A stretch of 64,000 bases of DNA from Candidatus Fermentibacterota bacterium. Lineage in GTDB: Bacteria > Fermentibacterota > Fermentibacteria > Fermentibacterales > JCC-6. A model generated the notes under the pieces. The model saw only the letters and a list, made by a program, of their open reading frames with translations, ran no database searches and was not told the DNA's origin. Within the stretch, counting starts at the first letter, position 1; the number at the start of each line of letters is the position of its first letter. The position numbers and the translations under genes were made by a program. Below, piece by piece: positions 37,600-46,278 of this stretch. The stretch spans positions 1,395-65,394 of the forward strand of contig JAUWSQ010000002.1 of the NCBI GenBank assembly GCA_030609965.1, given 5' to 3'.

Positions 37600-38088
37600 A
37601 TGCGAACTGTTCTGCTATTATCAGTCCTGTTTGTCATTACTGCAGACGCTTTATACAGTATGGATTACGCATTTGCGGACAGCCTCGAGAATGACAGTTC
37701 AGAAGTACGCAACTTCAAAGATATACCCGTTATTATCAGAAGAAATCCTTCTACCGCACTGCTACGTTCCGCAGTACTGCCCGGGTGGGGGCAATTTTAC
37801 AATGACGAGCCTCTGAAGGGTGTATTTTTCGGTACACTTGAGCTTGGGTTGCTCTCATGGCTCATAGCTGAACATATCGCCTCTGAGGAAGCCAGGAACA
37901 ACAACGATGAACCGGCCTACCAGCTTCACAGCCAGAGAAGACTGGATCTTATCTGGTACACTTCTGCTGCCTGGCTCTTCGGTATGCTTGATGCTTACGT
38001 TGATGCCTACCTCTTTTCTTTCAGTACCGAGAATGAGGTATTCGAGAGGGAAACAGGTTTGGCAGCAGCTGTCTTCATTAATTTCTGA
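37600..38088 (+). CDS. Small membrane protein, DUF5683-like
   Basis: It has a signal or TM segment and the motif LRSAVLPGWGQFYN, which I recall as characteristic of Bacteroidetes DUF5683 proteins. It starts 2 nt after lpxA. Confidence 0.4.
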   Translation: MRTVLLLSVLFVITADALYSMDYAFADSLENDSSEVRNFKDIPVIIRRNPSTALLRSAVLPGWGQFYNDEPLKGVFFGTLELGLLSWLIAEHIASEEARNNNDEPAYQLHSQRRLDLIWYTSAAWLFGMLDAYVDAYLFSFSTENEVFERETGLAAAVFINF

Positions 38089-38101
38089 AAGGGAATAAGA
38101 G

Positions 38102-38701
38102 ATGCTTCTGGGTGTATTACTTTCGATGGCAGGAGAAGAGGAGAACCCTGACATCCAGCTGCTCAGAAAAGCGAAGAATGGAGACAGGGATGCTTTTGGA
38201 GAATTATTCAGGAAATACGAGAAACGGGTATTCAGAGTGGCACGGCGGATGTGCGGAAGTGATGATGAAGCGTGGGACATCACTCAGGACGCATTTATCA
38301 GAGCCATGCAGGCAATGGATAGATACGACACACAGTACCGTTTCTTTACGTGGATATACAGGATTACAACAAACCTCGCAATTAACTATTCGAAGAAGAA
38401 GATGAGAAGGCGCGAAGTGCATTTTGAAGAAGCTTACAGCGCGGAAGGACAGCAGGTGATAGAAGATAACGTAGCTGACAGAGCTGCAAGCGAACAGCTG
38501 CTTGGTGCAGTTAGTAAAGCTGTCGAAAAGCTTACTCCTGCATTGAAAGCTGTTTTTGTATTAAGGATAGATCAGCAGCTAAGTTACTCTGAGATCGCTG
38601 AGAGCCTTGATATCGCATTGGGAACTGTGATGTCCCGGCTTAACCGCGCAAGGGCTAAGATAAGGGAAGAACTGGGATCTATGCTTGGAGAATGGGAATG
38701 A
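38102..38701 (+). CDS. ECF-type RNA polymerase sigma factor (sigma-70 family group IV)
   Basis: Region 2 reads DAFGELFRKYEKRVFRVARRM...DAWDITQDAFIRA...FFTWIYRITTNLAINY. Region 4 reads LSYSEIAESLDIALGTVMSRLNRARAKI. Confidence 0.88.
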   Translation: MLLGVLLSMAGEEENPDIQLLRKAKNGDRDAFGELFRKYEKRVFRVARRMCGSDDEAWDITQDAFIRAMQAMDRYDTQYRFFTWIYRITTNLAINYSKKKMRRREVHFEEAYSAEGQQVIEDNVADRAASEQLLGAVSKAVEKLTPALKAVFVLRIDQQLSYSEIAESLDIALGTVMSRLNRARAKIREELGSMLGEWE

Positions 38702-39873
38702 ACTGTCCTGATTTTGATACTCTGATGATGTTGCTTGACGGCGAGCTTGAGGAAGAGAGGAGGAAGGAGGTCTCCGATCATGTGAAATCCTGCAGCAGGT
38801 GCAGAAACCTCATCGATTCCCAGAGAAACCTGGAAACATCCTGGAGAGATAGTTTTGTAATTCCAGAAGACGACAAATTCCGCAGTATGGAGTGGATTAT
38901 TTATAGAAGAATGAATCGTCGTTCTCGCTGGAAGTTCTTCGTTCCAGCTGCTGCCGGGATCATCGCTGTACTGCTTGGCATCAAACTGATAATGGATAAT
39001 CAGCCATTCAAGGGCAGGGTCACCGAGCTTTTGAGAGACGGACGGACTGAATATGCGTCTTATACTCTGCGAGTCGTCGAAGACCGTGATGAATTACCCG
39101 CTTCGGGTATTGACGGATTTGATTCTGAGGAAACTGCTGTAGATTCATCTATTATTGCTCCCGCTGATCGAATAATTTCAACTGAAGATGTCTCAGGGGA
39201 AACCATCAGTGAAGGGGTTGGCTACGGTACTGCTAACGCGGAACCTCTGCAGCAGCAGTCCGCAGAAAGAGTAGATGATGCAGTTGAATATCATAGAGGT
39301 TCAAGCAGCGTTAACCAGGAAACTGATCTGCAATCTGTTACAGGTGGGGAAGTAACCGCAGGCGGTTCCGGAGGAATCGGGGGTGCGGCTCCTTTCGGGT
39401 ACATTAACGAAGAGTGCGAGGAAGCTGAAATCCCTGAGGAAATCATATTCTCCGGAGCAGCCCAAAGCAGCTGCTGCGAAGAACAGATAGATGATATCGG
39501 TGACTTCACCCTTAGCCTGGATACTGATACTGCGGGACTTGCTGTTATTGAAACTATGCCTTCCAGTACGGAGATCTGTGAGGATACGGAAGACAACAGA
39601 GAACTTAACCAACCCTGTGACTATTACTCCCTCATTTATGAAACATCAGACTTTGATTTGAATACCGCCAAAGCAGATGTCTACGTTGAACTTGTTTTCG
39701 ATTCAGGAGGGCAGCCTGACAGTAATACCGCATTGCTTCTTGATTCACTCTTTACAGACTGGAGTGATTATATTCCATTTGTATACCGGGATACCGTACT
39801 GCTAGTTCCCCTGGAGGGTGTTTCGGAACTGTTCATTGAAGGTAGTGCTGTTCCAGCGGAAACCATCGAGTAG
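38692..39873 (+). CDS. Anti-sigma factor (zf-HC2 N-terminus, one TM helix, acidic extracytoplasmic domain)
   Basis: CPDFDTLMMLLDGELEEERRKEVSDHVKSCSRCRNL is the H-x3-C-x2-C anti-sigma motif. The TM helix is FFVPAAAGIIAVLLGIKLI. It overlaps the sigma gene by 10 nt. Confidence 0.75.
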   Translation: MGMNCPDFDTLMMLLDGELEEERRKEVSDHVKSCSRCRNLIDSQRNLETSWRDSFVIPEDDKFRSMEWIIYRRMNRRSRWKFFVPAAAGIIAVLLGIKLIMDNQPFKGRVTELLRDGRTEYASYTLRVVEDRDELPASGIDGFDSEETAVDSSIIAPADRIISTEDVSGETISEGVGYGTANAEPLQQQSAERVDDAVEYHRGSSSVNQETDLQSVTGGEVTAGGSGGIGGAAPFGYINEECEEAEIPEEIIFSGAAQSSCCEEQIDDIGDFTLSLDTDTAGLAVIETMPSSTEICEDTEDNRELNQPCDYYSLIYETSDFDLNTAKADVYVELVFDSGGQPDSNTALLLDSLFTDWSDYIPFVYRDTVLLVPLEGVSELFIEGSAVPAETIE

Positions 39874-39884
39874 GGAGAAACAGG

Positions 39885-41201
39885 ATGCGATTTTATAGAT
39901 CTGCCATTATAACGCTACTTATTACAGGAACCCTTTCGGCTGACCTTCCCCGGCTTGCTGTTCTTTCAATCGATTTTGATGAATTTGCCCCTGACAGTGT
40001 TATTATCGGTGAAGTCTTTGAGGAATTGTCGGAAAGCGGCAGATTCCAGATGGTTGACCTGGGAAACTTTTCGTTCATGGACACATCTCCCGATTCTCTG
40101 CTGAGCTCACTTCGAACCCTCGCTGCTGAGAGGGCTATTGATGTTTTCCTTGCATTGGAAATTCTGAACCCTGAAGAAAGCGATAGAACGGTATTCCGGA
40201 ATGATTCACTGATAACCTACAGAAGCGTTTCTGTTCATGTTCTCGGAAGGTTCTATTCAGGAGCAGGATCTCTCATCGGAACAATAAAGAATACAGTTTC
40301 CAGAGAGGAAACCCTCCCTAACCACGTCACACTTGATACTTACGGATACGCAATTCAATCAGCCCGGGAACTTGCTTCGAGGGCAGTACTGGAACTTTTC
40401 CCGATAGAGATAAACTTTACCGCTTCGGATAGTGAAGTATTTACGGTTCCTTTTGGAATTGATCAGGGTGTCTCTAAGGGTATAATCATGGCGGTGGTCG
40501 CTTCCTCTTCTGGAATACCGGATAATATTTATGATTATCAGCACCTCAGAAGCAGAGGGCTCCTTCAGATAATGGATTCCCGAAGCACTCAATCCACAGC
40601 GCGGCTCCTGTCGGGCATGCTGATTGATGGAGGAGATGTAACCGCGATAGAGCAGTCCGCTCCAGCTATCCTGTTTCTTGAGTACGGCGGGCTCATGATG
40701 TCTTCTGAACCAGGGGCAGGTATCGAGGATGATGCTGCGGAGTGGAGCAATAATGTCAGGCTCGGAATAGAGACTGCGAAATGGGGGCTCTCTTTAGGAG
40801 GGGGAGTAACCACAGGGGGGCTGGAGCATTCATCATTGATTGGTATTGATCTTCAATTTGGCACGAGGATTCCGATCAGCAGCCCTTCTCTTGGACTGAG
40901 ACTCACAGGAGGAGGTGAACTGGCCTTTCATATGCAGGATGTAAGATCGATCTATCTAGCATCAAACGCAACGGCCATTTCGGTAGCTGCTGTAGGTGAT
41001 GCTACGATGGAATGCCTCTTTTCGGGACATCTCGGATTTCAGGTGGGAATCTCAGGTGTCCTGAGTACTGCTGTTGACAGCTGGACTGTGCAGGAGCTCA
41101 ATGGAAATGTACGGGATGCTGAATCGGATGAAATCTACTATACTGAATTAAGGCAAGGTCCGATAGGTGTCCATGCGGGATTGATGTATTTTATTTTTTA
41201 G
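39885..41201 (+). CDS. Hypothetical exported protein, possibly an outer-membrane beta-barrel
   Basis: It has a signal peptide. The Gly/Ser-rich C-terminal half shows alternating hydrophobicity and ends in ...GLMYFIF (terminal Phe). Confidence 0.35.
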   Translation: MRFYRSAIITLLITGTLSADLPRLAVLSIDFDEFAPDSVIIGEVFEELSESGRFQMVDLGNFSFMDTSPDSLLSSLRTLAAERAIDVFLALEILNPEESDRTVFRNDSLITYRSVSVHVLGRFYSGAGSLIGTIKNTVSREETLPNHVTLDTYGYAIQSARELASRAVLELFPIEINFTASDSEVFTVPFGIDQGVSKGIIMAVVASSSGIPDNIYDYQHLRSRGLLQIMDSRSTQSTARLLSGMLIDGGDVTAIEQSAPAILFLEYGGLMMSSEPGAGIEDDAAEWSNNVRLGIETAKWGLSLGGGVTTGGLEHSSLIGIDLQFGTRIPISSPSLGLRLTGGGELAFHMQDVRSIYLASNATAISVAAVGDATMECLFSGHLGFQVGISGVLSTAVDSWTVQELNGNVRDAESDEIYYTELRQGPIGVHAGLMYFIF

Positions 41202-42012
41202 TTTGATTGTTCTTCCATGGCCTCTGCGCCATTCCGCGTTCCCAGATTATCTCCAGAGCCGACCATGTTGCTATTGCGAATACGACTCCTCCGATAATAC
41301 CGGAGAATATTGTTCCGTGTACTATTCCAAGTGCCAGTGCACCACCTGCAATTGCAGCTGTAAGCAGTATCAGGATTGTTGCCGCGAGGGATGATGGACC
41401 CCATTTGGATATCACACGTACCCTGGCCAGCTGAATTCCCCAGACTCCGAGCGGATAACCGGTCGCACCGAAAACAGCAGCGGGAATTTCCCTCAGGAAG
41501 AGCATGGCGGCAGCCCATAGAAGGATCAGGGGCAGAAAAAACAGAACTGCACTTCTGGTCAAGGGGGATATCCAGTTCATCTGTTCAGGTATATCGCACA
41601 GTGCAGTCCATATGAACAGACCGGCTGCAAAACCCAGAACAAGAGAGGCTTCGCTGTTACTGATGAAACAGCTGAAAACCGCTCCCGCAAGACCGAGAAC
41701 AAGAAGCACCAGTACGAAAACTCTGGGACCTATCTGACCCGACTCATGGATCTTTACAAAGATCCTTGTTCCCAGAAGCTGAAGGAAAATGAAAAAAAGA
41801 AAGGATACTATACCGAAGAATCCGGTTACGGCGTAATCCTTTAGAGTGAGCTCAACTGTAAGAAAAAGGTCAGCGATCAGTATATTTAGAATTCCCATAC
41901 ATTTTCCTCCATGCGGGCAAATTTGCATAATATGATTGTCATCGTCAACACAGATGTTTGCGCAATGTGGTCCGCGTGGACATATATTCAGGTGTACCTG
42001 AAGAGGTTCCAT
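41191..42012 (-). CDS. Polytopic membrane protein with an N-terminal Cys/His-rich motif
   Basis: ICPRGPHCANIC and ICPHGGKCM are followed by about 7 hydrophobic helices. No family recognised. Confidence 0.4.
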   Translation of the reverse strand: MEPLQVHLNICPRGPHCANICVDDDNHIMQICPHGGKCMGILNILIADLFLTVELTLKDYAVTGFFGIVSFLFFIFLQLLGTRIFVKIHESGQIGPRVFVLVLLVLGLAGAVFSCFISNSEASLVLGFAAGLFIWTALCDIPEQMNWISPLTRSAVLFFLPLILLWAAAMLFLREIPAAVFGATGYPLGVWGIQLARVRVISKWGPSSLAATILILLTAAIAGGALALGIVHGTIFSGIIGGVVFAIATWSALEIIWERGMAQRPWKNNQTKK

Positions 42013-42055
42013 TGTGATATTATTTGTGTCCGGCGGTAACTATCGGGAGGCCTGA

Positions 42056-44197
42056 ATGAATTCACTTCGGTTTCTTATATCAGTTTCCATTGCTGCACTT
42101 ACACTCTCATGTGGAGGCGGCATGGAATCCGCAGATTCGCAGATTAACGAGATCGTATTCATTCATGCTGATAAGGGTACATTCTTTGAGTTGATACTGA
42201 TGCCCGAGGAATTTGAGGATACTCTTCTGTACCGGAACGAGATGCCGGTGGAATTGATAGTATCCTCGGAGAATTGCGAATCCAGCATAACCGCAATGCT
42301 GGTCCCTGGCTGCGGTTCAACTCCGGCAGACAGAATGGAATACCTGTCCGGAAGCGATCTCCTTAATCTTGATACGAACTATGTGAAACCACATGGGGAT
42401 ATACCGGGCTTCACTGCTGTAATCTATCTCAAAGGTGATTCAAGTGTAGTGGAAAGGGTTTGGAACAGAGGCAGTGGTGAACTGGCAGTTCTTCAGATCA
42501 AATCCGGAAATACATCCATTAATCTTCTTCTGGCATCTGTGAGCGGAATAATGGGCACATCGGTTATGGTTGAACCGTCCAACAGTCTTTCCCGTTCCGT
42601 ATACCTTTCTGACCGTGTAAGAAGCGAGATCGTGGAAGAAGTGAACGCGGATGTGACCGTTCCTCCCGAAGTTAGACACAGAATTAAACTCTCTGTTGAT
42701 CCTATGGGGAGGGAAATGTATGTCCTGGATTCCCTGACCATTGATTTTCGACCTACTCAATCCGACAGCCAGCTGATGATATATCTCCCGTACTGTGATA
42801 ATGGAACAAGTTTTGAAGTCCTTGCGGGATCCGCTGAAAATTTTGGGGATTCTGTACTGTGCACCGCTGATTCCACCAGAGTATTTTCAGGCCTGTATTC
42901 CGGAACCTGGGACGGTTTCATATCATCCTCCACCGACAGGATTATAGAACAGGGGCTCCAGATCAATCCATCGACATCCTTTCAGAGCGGTATGTGGTTC
43001 TACCCTGGCTGCGGTATTCCTTCGGCTTACGCTCTTGATATTTCGGTACCTGACAAGGGTTACGAAATCTTTGCTCCACTTCAGGAGCTTTCAAGAAACG
43101 TAAGCGATTCTTTACTAACCGTATCCTTTGTTTCCCCGATAGAGGGGATCAGAGGTCCGCTTTCCTGGGCGATCGGTGGTTTCACGAAAAATGCAATTGC
43201 TGATGGCAGAAGCTGGTTTATCTGTCTTGAATCGGATTCGACAGCATTGGATATGATCGATCTTGCAGATGATATCACCGAAGTACTATGGCGGAACATG
43301 GCTTTCGATGGAGCAAGGCTTGATATTGTTGTTGTGAGCTGTCTGGATCTGCCAGTGTTCATCACCGGCCCGGGCTGCCTTTTCCTTTCAACGGATATGC
43401 TTTCCTCAGTCAGGGGATATGAAACATGGTCTGATTCTCTTGTCAGTGGAACAGCTGTACCTGCTACATCAATAGTATTTGAAGCAGCAAGGGCTTACCT
43501 GGCGGGGAGTACCTACCTTTCGGATAATCTTCGGAATGTGCTTGCTGCATGGTCCGTTTACAGGTTTGCTCTTTCTGGTGATGAATCGGCTTCAGTTCAA
43601 CTGCGCGAGGCTTTTAGAAAGTATTACCTGTACTCTACGGAGATAAGCGGAGGAATCGAATACGCAATTGCAGATCCGCAACTGAACGAATCTCCCCTTC
43701 ATGATCCTGTGATATTCGGAAAAGCCCCGCTGGTCTTAGAGTTTCTCATTCATGAGATCCCGGCCTTTGAAAGAGCTGTTCCCAGAGCACTTCGAAATCT
43801 GCGACATTCAGGTGATTCATTCGGCAGGTTGTTTTCAGCTATGGGAATACCTGAAAGCAGCGGATACGGTGAGATGTACTTTCAGTGGCTGTACAGCCCG
43901 GGTGTGCCGCAACTGGAGATTATGTGGACGGACTCTTCGGGCACTCTCAATCTGCGTGTAGAACAGCTTCAACCCGGACAGGATTTCCCCCTTGGTTCAC
44001 TGCTTGATGAAATCCACATATTTACAGAAACAGATATTATTGACCTGGACCTGAGCCCCGGTTCCACAGAAGGTTTCTACATGGGTGATATACCTGCTGC
44101 TGTCGAGCGGATACTTGCGATCGATATCGATCCCGACGGCATTCTCCCTGCCGATATCGTCTATAGACATATCAATAACGAACCAAATGACATTTAA
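42056..44197 (+). CDS. Hypothetical lipoprotein; one region resembles a zinc-ligand-less M1 peptidase core
   Basis: The lipobox is LTLS|CGG. The stretch LDIVVVSCLD...GPGCLFLS...IVFEAARAYLAGS...NVLAAWSVYRF aligns in spacing to the GxMEN / HExxH-x18-E region, but with H->F, H->R and E->A substitutions. Confidence 0.35.
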   Translation: MNSLRFLISVSIAALTLSCGGGMESADSQINEIVFIHADKGTFFELILMPEEFEDTLLYRNEMPVELIVSSENCESSITAMLVPGCGSTPADRMEYLSGSDLLNLDTNYVKPHGDIPGFTAVIYLKGDSSVVERVWNRGSGELAVLQIKSGNTSINLLLASVSGIMGTSVMVEPSNSLSRSVYLSDRVRSEIVEEVNADVTVPPEVRHRIKLSVDPMGREMYVLDSLTIDFRPTQSDSQLMIYLPYCDNGTSFEVLAGSAENFGDSVLCTADSTRVFSGLYSGTWDGFISSSTDRIIEQGLQINPSTSFQSGMWFYPGCGIPSAYALDISVPDKGYEIFAPLQELSRNVSDSLLTVSFVSPIEGIRGPLSWAIGGFTKNAIADGRSWFICLESDSTALDMIDLADDITEVLWRNMAFDGARLDIVVVSCLDLPVFITGPGCLFLSTDMLSSVRGYETWSDSLVSGTAVPATSIVFEAARAYLAGSTYLSDNLRNVLAAWSVYRFALSGDESASVQLREAFRKYYLYSTEISGGIEYAIADPQLNESPLHDPVIFGKAPLVLEFLIHEIPAFERAVPRALRNLRHSGDSFGRLFSAMGIPESSGYGEMYFQWLYSPGVPQLEIMWTDSSGTLNLRVEQLQPGQDFPLGSLLDEIHIFTETDIIDLDLSPGSTEGFYMGDIPAAVERILAIDIDPDGILPADIVYRHINNEPNDI

Positions 44198-44232
44198 TCG
44201 TCTCTATGTACTGATTCCGGAGAAGGATTCAT

Positions 44233-46278
44233 ATGAAGATATGCTTCTGCCTGCATAATCATCAGCCGGTGGGGAATTTCGATCATGTCATGGATTCTGC
44301 CTATAGGAACTGTTATCTGCCGATGTTGGAAGCCCTTGAAAACCATCAGGGGATAACCAGTGGGATTCACATCTCTGGAACCCTTCTAGAGTGGCTTGTT
44401 CAGTGGCATCCCGATTACATTGAAAGAACAGGTGAACTCTGCCGGAACGGCCGAATGGAATTACTTACCAGCGGTCGATACGAACCTGTACTTACCGTTT
44501 TTAGAAGATTCGATATCGTTCAGCAGATAAAAGATTACTCGGACTATCTTGAACAGCTTTCGGGAGGAAGACCAGACGGGCTCTGGCTGACCGAGAGGGT
44601 CTGGGAGCCCCAGCTTCCATCGATTTTAACTGAGGCTGCCGTATCGTGGGCTGTAGTCGATGATATTCACTTAAAGAGAGCCGGTGCTTCGGGTATGGAC
44701 CTGTTCCGCCCCTGCATTACAGAGGATTCAGGAAAGATTCTGAGGCTGCTCGGGAGTAATAAAGAGTTAAGATATCGGATTCCCTTTTCTCCGGTTAGAA
44801 GTGTAATGGAGAATCTCAGGGTGATGCATGATTCCGGAGCAGAAATGGTATTCTACGGAGATGACGGGGAAAAATTCGGTGTCTGGCCCGGAACCCGTAA
44901 ACTCTGTTACGAAGATCACTGGCTTGATCGCTTTTTCAGTGAAATTGAATCTGCTGAATGGCTCGATTCCGTACTTCCTTCAGAGGCTGCCCGGACAGAA
45001 GCTGCTGGGCCTTTCTATATTCCCGCATCAAGTTACACCGAAATGGGCTCCTGGACTCTTCACGGCCTCCTGAGGGATGAATATGATAAGCTGGAGGAGC
45101 AGCTCGATAACCGCGGGAGTTCTGGGGATACGAAGGTCTTTCTTACCGGAGGATTCTGGCGGAACTTCCTGTCGATCTATCCCGAATCAAAGGAACTCCA
45201 GGGAAGAATACTATCCGCTGAACCCCTCGTGCGGAGATCTGAGAATACCGAGGCCCTGCACCATTTCTGGAGAAGCCAGTGCAACTGTGCGTTCTGGCAT
45301 GGCGTGTTCGGCGGCATATACCTTCCTCATCTGCGGGAGGCAGTCTGGAAGGAACTTCATAAGGCTGAATGGAAAGCGCTTAAAACTCTTGAAGCTTATC
45401 CGCTGATTTTGACAGCTGATATTAACGCGGATGGTTTTGACGAGAGTGTTATTGTAACACAAACCCGGTCGCTGCTGATACATCCTGATCGGGGATTGAC
45501 AGTAAGTGAGATCACATTCCTGCATCCGGATGGAGAACCAACGCCCCTCGGTCATACTCTCAGCAGACCATCCGAAGAGTATCATAAGTACATACCGGGA
45601 GCGGGATCCGATAGTGCAGCAAGGACAATCCATGATGATATGGCATCAAAGGAGGATGGACTTGCCGAGAAAGTAATGATTGACAGGTGGAGAAGGATGT
45701 GTTTTTCAGATCTCGTAATGTCCTCATCCATACATTCGGGCAGCTGGAGAAAAAGTGACCAGGAGATAACTCATTTCCAGAAACCAGCTTTTTCCTCTTC
45801 CGCAAGAATCACTGATTCTGCCGTTTCATTTTCAGGGGAATTCGTAGAGGGAGAGCTCAGAATCTGGAAGAGAATGACCGCATATCTCAAAAAACCGCTG
45901 ATTGAAACCCGCACAAAGTACTCCGTCATGCCCGGGGACAGAGCAGGTATGGAGATCTGTCTGAACCTGATGACAGGAAACTCCCCGGACCGTTACTACA
46001 GAATCGATTCGGGAGAAAATCACCTCATGTCCGAAGTGGGTGAATTTCATGGGAAGAGGATAGAAGTCTTTGATTGCTGGCGAGCGGTTAAGACTTCCAT
46101 TGTAACGAACTGTGAATCGGAAATATGGGTTACTCCGCTGGATTCGGTGAACAGATCGGAAAGCGGTTACGAGAGAGTTCACCAGGGAGCGGCATTCTAC
46201 ATCTGGGGCATCGCTGATGATGCTGGTATTTTCAACCTGGAAATCCATATGAGTATGGAGGCGTTGAATGATATCTGA
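44233..46278 (+). CDS. Glycoside hydrolase family 57 protein (alpha-amylase / 4-alpha-glucanotransferase type)
   Basis: The N-terminus MKICFCLHNHQPVGNF, WLTERVWEP and YGDDGEKFG blocks are typical of GH57. Confidence 0.8.
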   Translation: MKICFCLHNHQPVGNFDHVMDSAYRNCYLPMLEALENHQGITSGIHISGTLLEWLVQWHPDYIERTGELCRNGRMELLTSGRYEPVLTVFRRFDIVQQIKDYSDYLEQLSGGRPDGLWLTERVWEPQLPSILTEAAVSWAVVDDIHLKRAGASGMDLFRPCITEDSGKILRLLGSNKELRYRIPFSPVRSVMENLRVMHDSGAEMVFYGDDGEKFGVWPGTRKLCYEDHWLDRFFSEIESAEWLDSVLPSEAARTEAAGPFYIPASSYTEMGSWTLHGLLRDEYDKLEEQLDNRGSSGDTKVFLTGGFWRNFLSIYPESKELQGRILSAEPLVRRSENTEALHHFWRSQCNCAFWHGVFGGIYLPHLREAVWKELHKAEWKALKTLEAYPLILTADINADGFDESVIVTQTRSLLIHPDRGLTVSEITFLHPDGEPTPLGHTLSRPSEEYHKYIPGAGSDSAARTIHDDMASKEDGLAEKVMIDRWRRMCFSDLVMSSSIHSGSWRKSDQEITHFQKPAFSSSARITDSAVSFSGEFVEGELRIWKRMTAYLKKPLIETRTKYSVMPGDRAGMEICLNLMTGNSPDRYYRIDSGENHLMSEVGEFHGKRIEVFDCWRAVKTSIVTNCESEIWVTPLDSVNRSESGYERVHQGAAFYIWGIADDAGIFNLEIHMSMEALNDI

